NCBI GenBank assembly: GCA_964647715.1 | Contig: CAZYJF010000001.1 | Location: 1-35,035 of the forward strand | Length of the DNA: 35,035 nt | DNA from: an uncultured Sulfurospirillum sp. | GTDB taxonomy: Bacteria; Campylobacterota; Campylobacteria; Campylobacterales; QNZT01 | Direction of reading: 5' to 3' | In this document: in pieces, positions 34,336 through 35,035 of the stretch | Layout of the letters: each line of letters starts with the position of its first letter | How positions within the stretch are numbered: position 1 is the first letter of the stretch | Made by a program: the position numbers and the translations under genes | The notes under the pieces: generated by a model | Database searches by the model: none | Told to the model about the DNA's origin: nothing | The model's input: only the letters and a program-made list of their open reading frames with translations

Positions 34336-34341
34336 ATTATA
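34336..34341 (-). promoter_or_regulatory. Candidate -10 hexamer (TATAAT on the minus strand) for the comEA-like gene
   Basis: The reverse complement of attata at 34336-34341 is TATAAT, ~33 nt upstream of the start codon. AAGGAG RBS (reverse complement of 34309-34314). Confidence 0.4.
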
Positions 34342-34372
34342 TGGTCAAATTGTGAAATTATCGTGTAGCTTA

Positions 34373-34395
34373 GACCGCAAAATAGCTTTGCGATC
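34373..34395 (-). terminator. Hairpin downstream of glnA; weak putative terminator
   Basis: The minus-strand RNA GAUCGCAAA-gcuau-UUUGCGGUC forms 9 bp including one G-U pair, starting 9 nt after the glnA stop. No U-tract follows. Confidence 0.35.
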
Positions 34396-34403
34396 CAAGT
34401 AAT

Positions 34404-35035
34404 TTAGCAAGAGTAAGTTGATAGATATTCAAAAGCAGTAGGTCTTGCTTCATCAGGCCATACTTGTCTTTCAAATTGGTAGTGTTGATATGTATCGATA
34501 AACTCTTCAGTCATTACAGGAGTCAAGAAGCTGTGATCTGCAATCAAACCTTCAAGTGCTTCTCTTAGAGTATGAGGCATTTGTGGAATGTTCTTCTCTC
34601 TAATCTCTGCAAGTGATAATTCAAATAGATCTTCATCCATTGGACCAACTGGCTCATACTTGTTTTTGATACCATCAATTCCAGCTAGCAATAGTACTGA
34701 AAATCCAAGATATGGACAAGCAGTAGAATCAGGGAATCTAGTCTCAATTCTTGTAGCACCCTCTCCAGCACCGTATGGGATACGACAAGCAGCTGATCTG
34801 TTTTGTGAAGAGTATGTCAAAATAGAAGGAGCCTCAAATCCAGGAATCAATCTCTTGTATGAGTTGGTACTAGCATTTGTAAATGCTGCAACTGCATTTG
34901 CATGTTTGAAGATACCACCTAGATAGTGAAGTGCAGTTTCACTTAGGTTTGCATAGTTACCCTCTTCGTAGAAAGTGTTTTTGCCATCTTTCCAGATAGA
35001 TTGGTGGACATGCATACCGTTTCCATTGTCACCAT
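34404..35035 (-). CDS. glnA: Glutamine synthetase type I, C-terminal part; the 5' end lies beyond the window
   Basis: The frame stays open to the window edge. It reads ..[19 protein letters not shown].., the GS-I ATP/metal motif, plus [13 protein letters not shown] and the RFPD region. The Met at 35015 is internal. Confidence 0.95.
   Translation of the reverse strand, partial: GDNGNGMHVHQSIWKDGKNTFYEEGNYANLSETALHYLGGIFKHANAVAAFTNASTNSYKRLIPGFEAPSILTYSSQNRSAACRIPYGAGEGATRIETRFPDSTACPYLGFSVLLLAGIDGIKNKYEPVGPMDEDLFELSLAEIREKNIPQMPHTLREALEGLIADHSFLTPVMTEEFIDTYQHYQFERQVWPDEARPTAFEYLSTYSC

Noticed and set aside
1-35035. Search by eye for tRNA/rRNA genes, riboswitches upstream of nadA, thiL and glnA, IS elements or transposases, integrases, toxin-antitoxin pairs, restriction-modification genes or known defence genes.
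   Set aside because: All spacers longer than 70 bp were read and contain only promoter, RBS or hairpin-like elements. No ORF shows transposase, integrase, nuclease-helicase or methyltransferase motifs. The window appears to be core genome. A covariance-model scan (Infernal/Rfam, tRNAscan-SE) would be needed to exclude small RNAs formally.

Overview
This is a gene-dense, clearly AT-rich stretch of core chromosome. It holds about 31 protein-coding genes on both strands, and most intergenic spacers are under 130 bp. The gene content points to Campylobacterota (epsilonproteobacteria), probably a Sulfurimonas/Sulfurovum-like lineage; that placement is an inference. The supporting genes are a CosR/HsrA-type essential response regulator next to a ferredoxin and ppx/gppA, a non-classical type-E SdhAB plus CCG-domain subunit, an Hcp-like Sel1 protein, an OprD-like porin and TruD.

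Genes in order:
- repeat-rich membrane protein
- nadC and nadA (minus strand)
- plsY-folB
- cosR-cosS-fdx-ppx
- bamA (minus)
- tyrA
- PAS-GGDEF-EAL protein (minus)
- dnaE
- DAACS symporter, OprD-like porin, membrane-tethered TAXI protein
- truD and thiL (minus)
- DUF309 protein
- Sel1/Hcp-like protein (minus)
- sdhA, sdhB, CCG subunit
- superoxide reductase
- family-4 UDG
- periplasmic hypothetical protein
- WbaP-like sugar transferase
- IscU-like protein, tandem ferritin-like protein, psd
- ComEA-like protein (minus)
- glnA (minus, truncated by the window edge)

I found no rRNA, tRNA, CRISPR array, IS element, integrase, phage gene or recognisable defence gene. I also found no convincing discrete accessory island or obviously new multi-gene system, so this looks like an ordinary housekeeping region.

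The best leads for a second look are:
1. a translationally coupled pair made of a cysteine-depleted IscU-like protein and a duplicated bacterioferritin-like protein;
2. an orphan TAXI binding protein anchored by two TM helices with a cytoplasmic coiled-coil tail, clustered with a DAACS symporter and a porin;
3. a 9-bp inverted repeat bracketing the -10 element of the superoxide reductase gene;
4. a complete CosR/CosS pair;
5. hairpin terminators embedded in the overlapping 3' coding ends of convergent genes.
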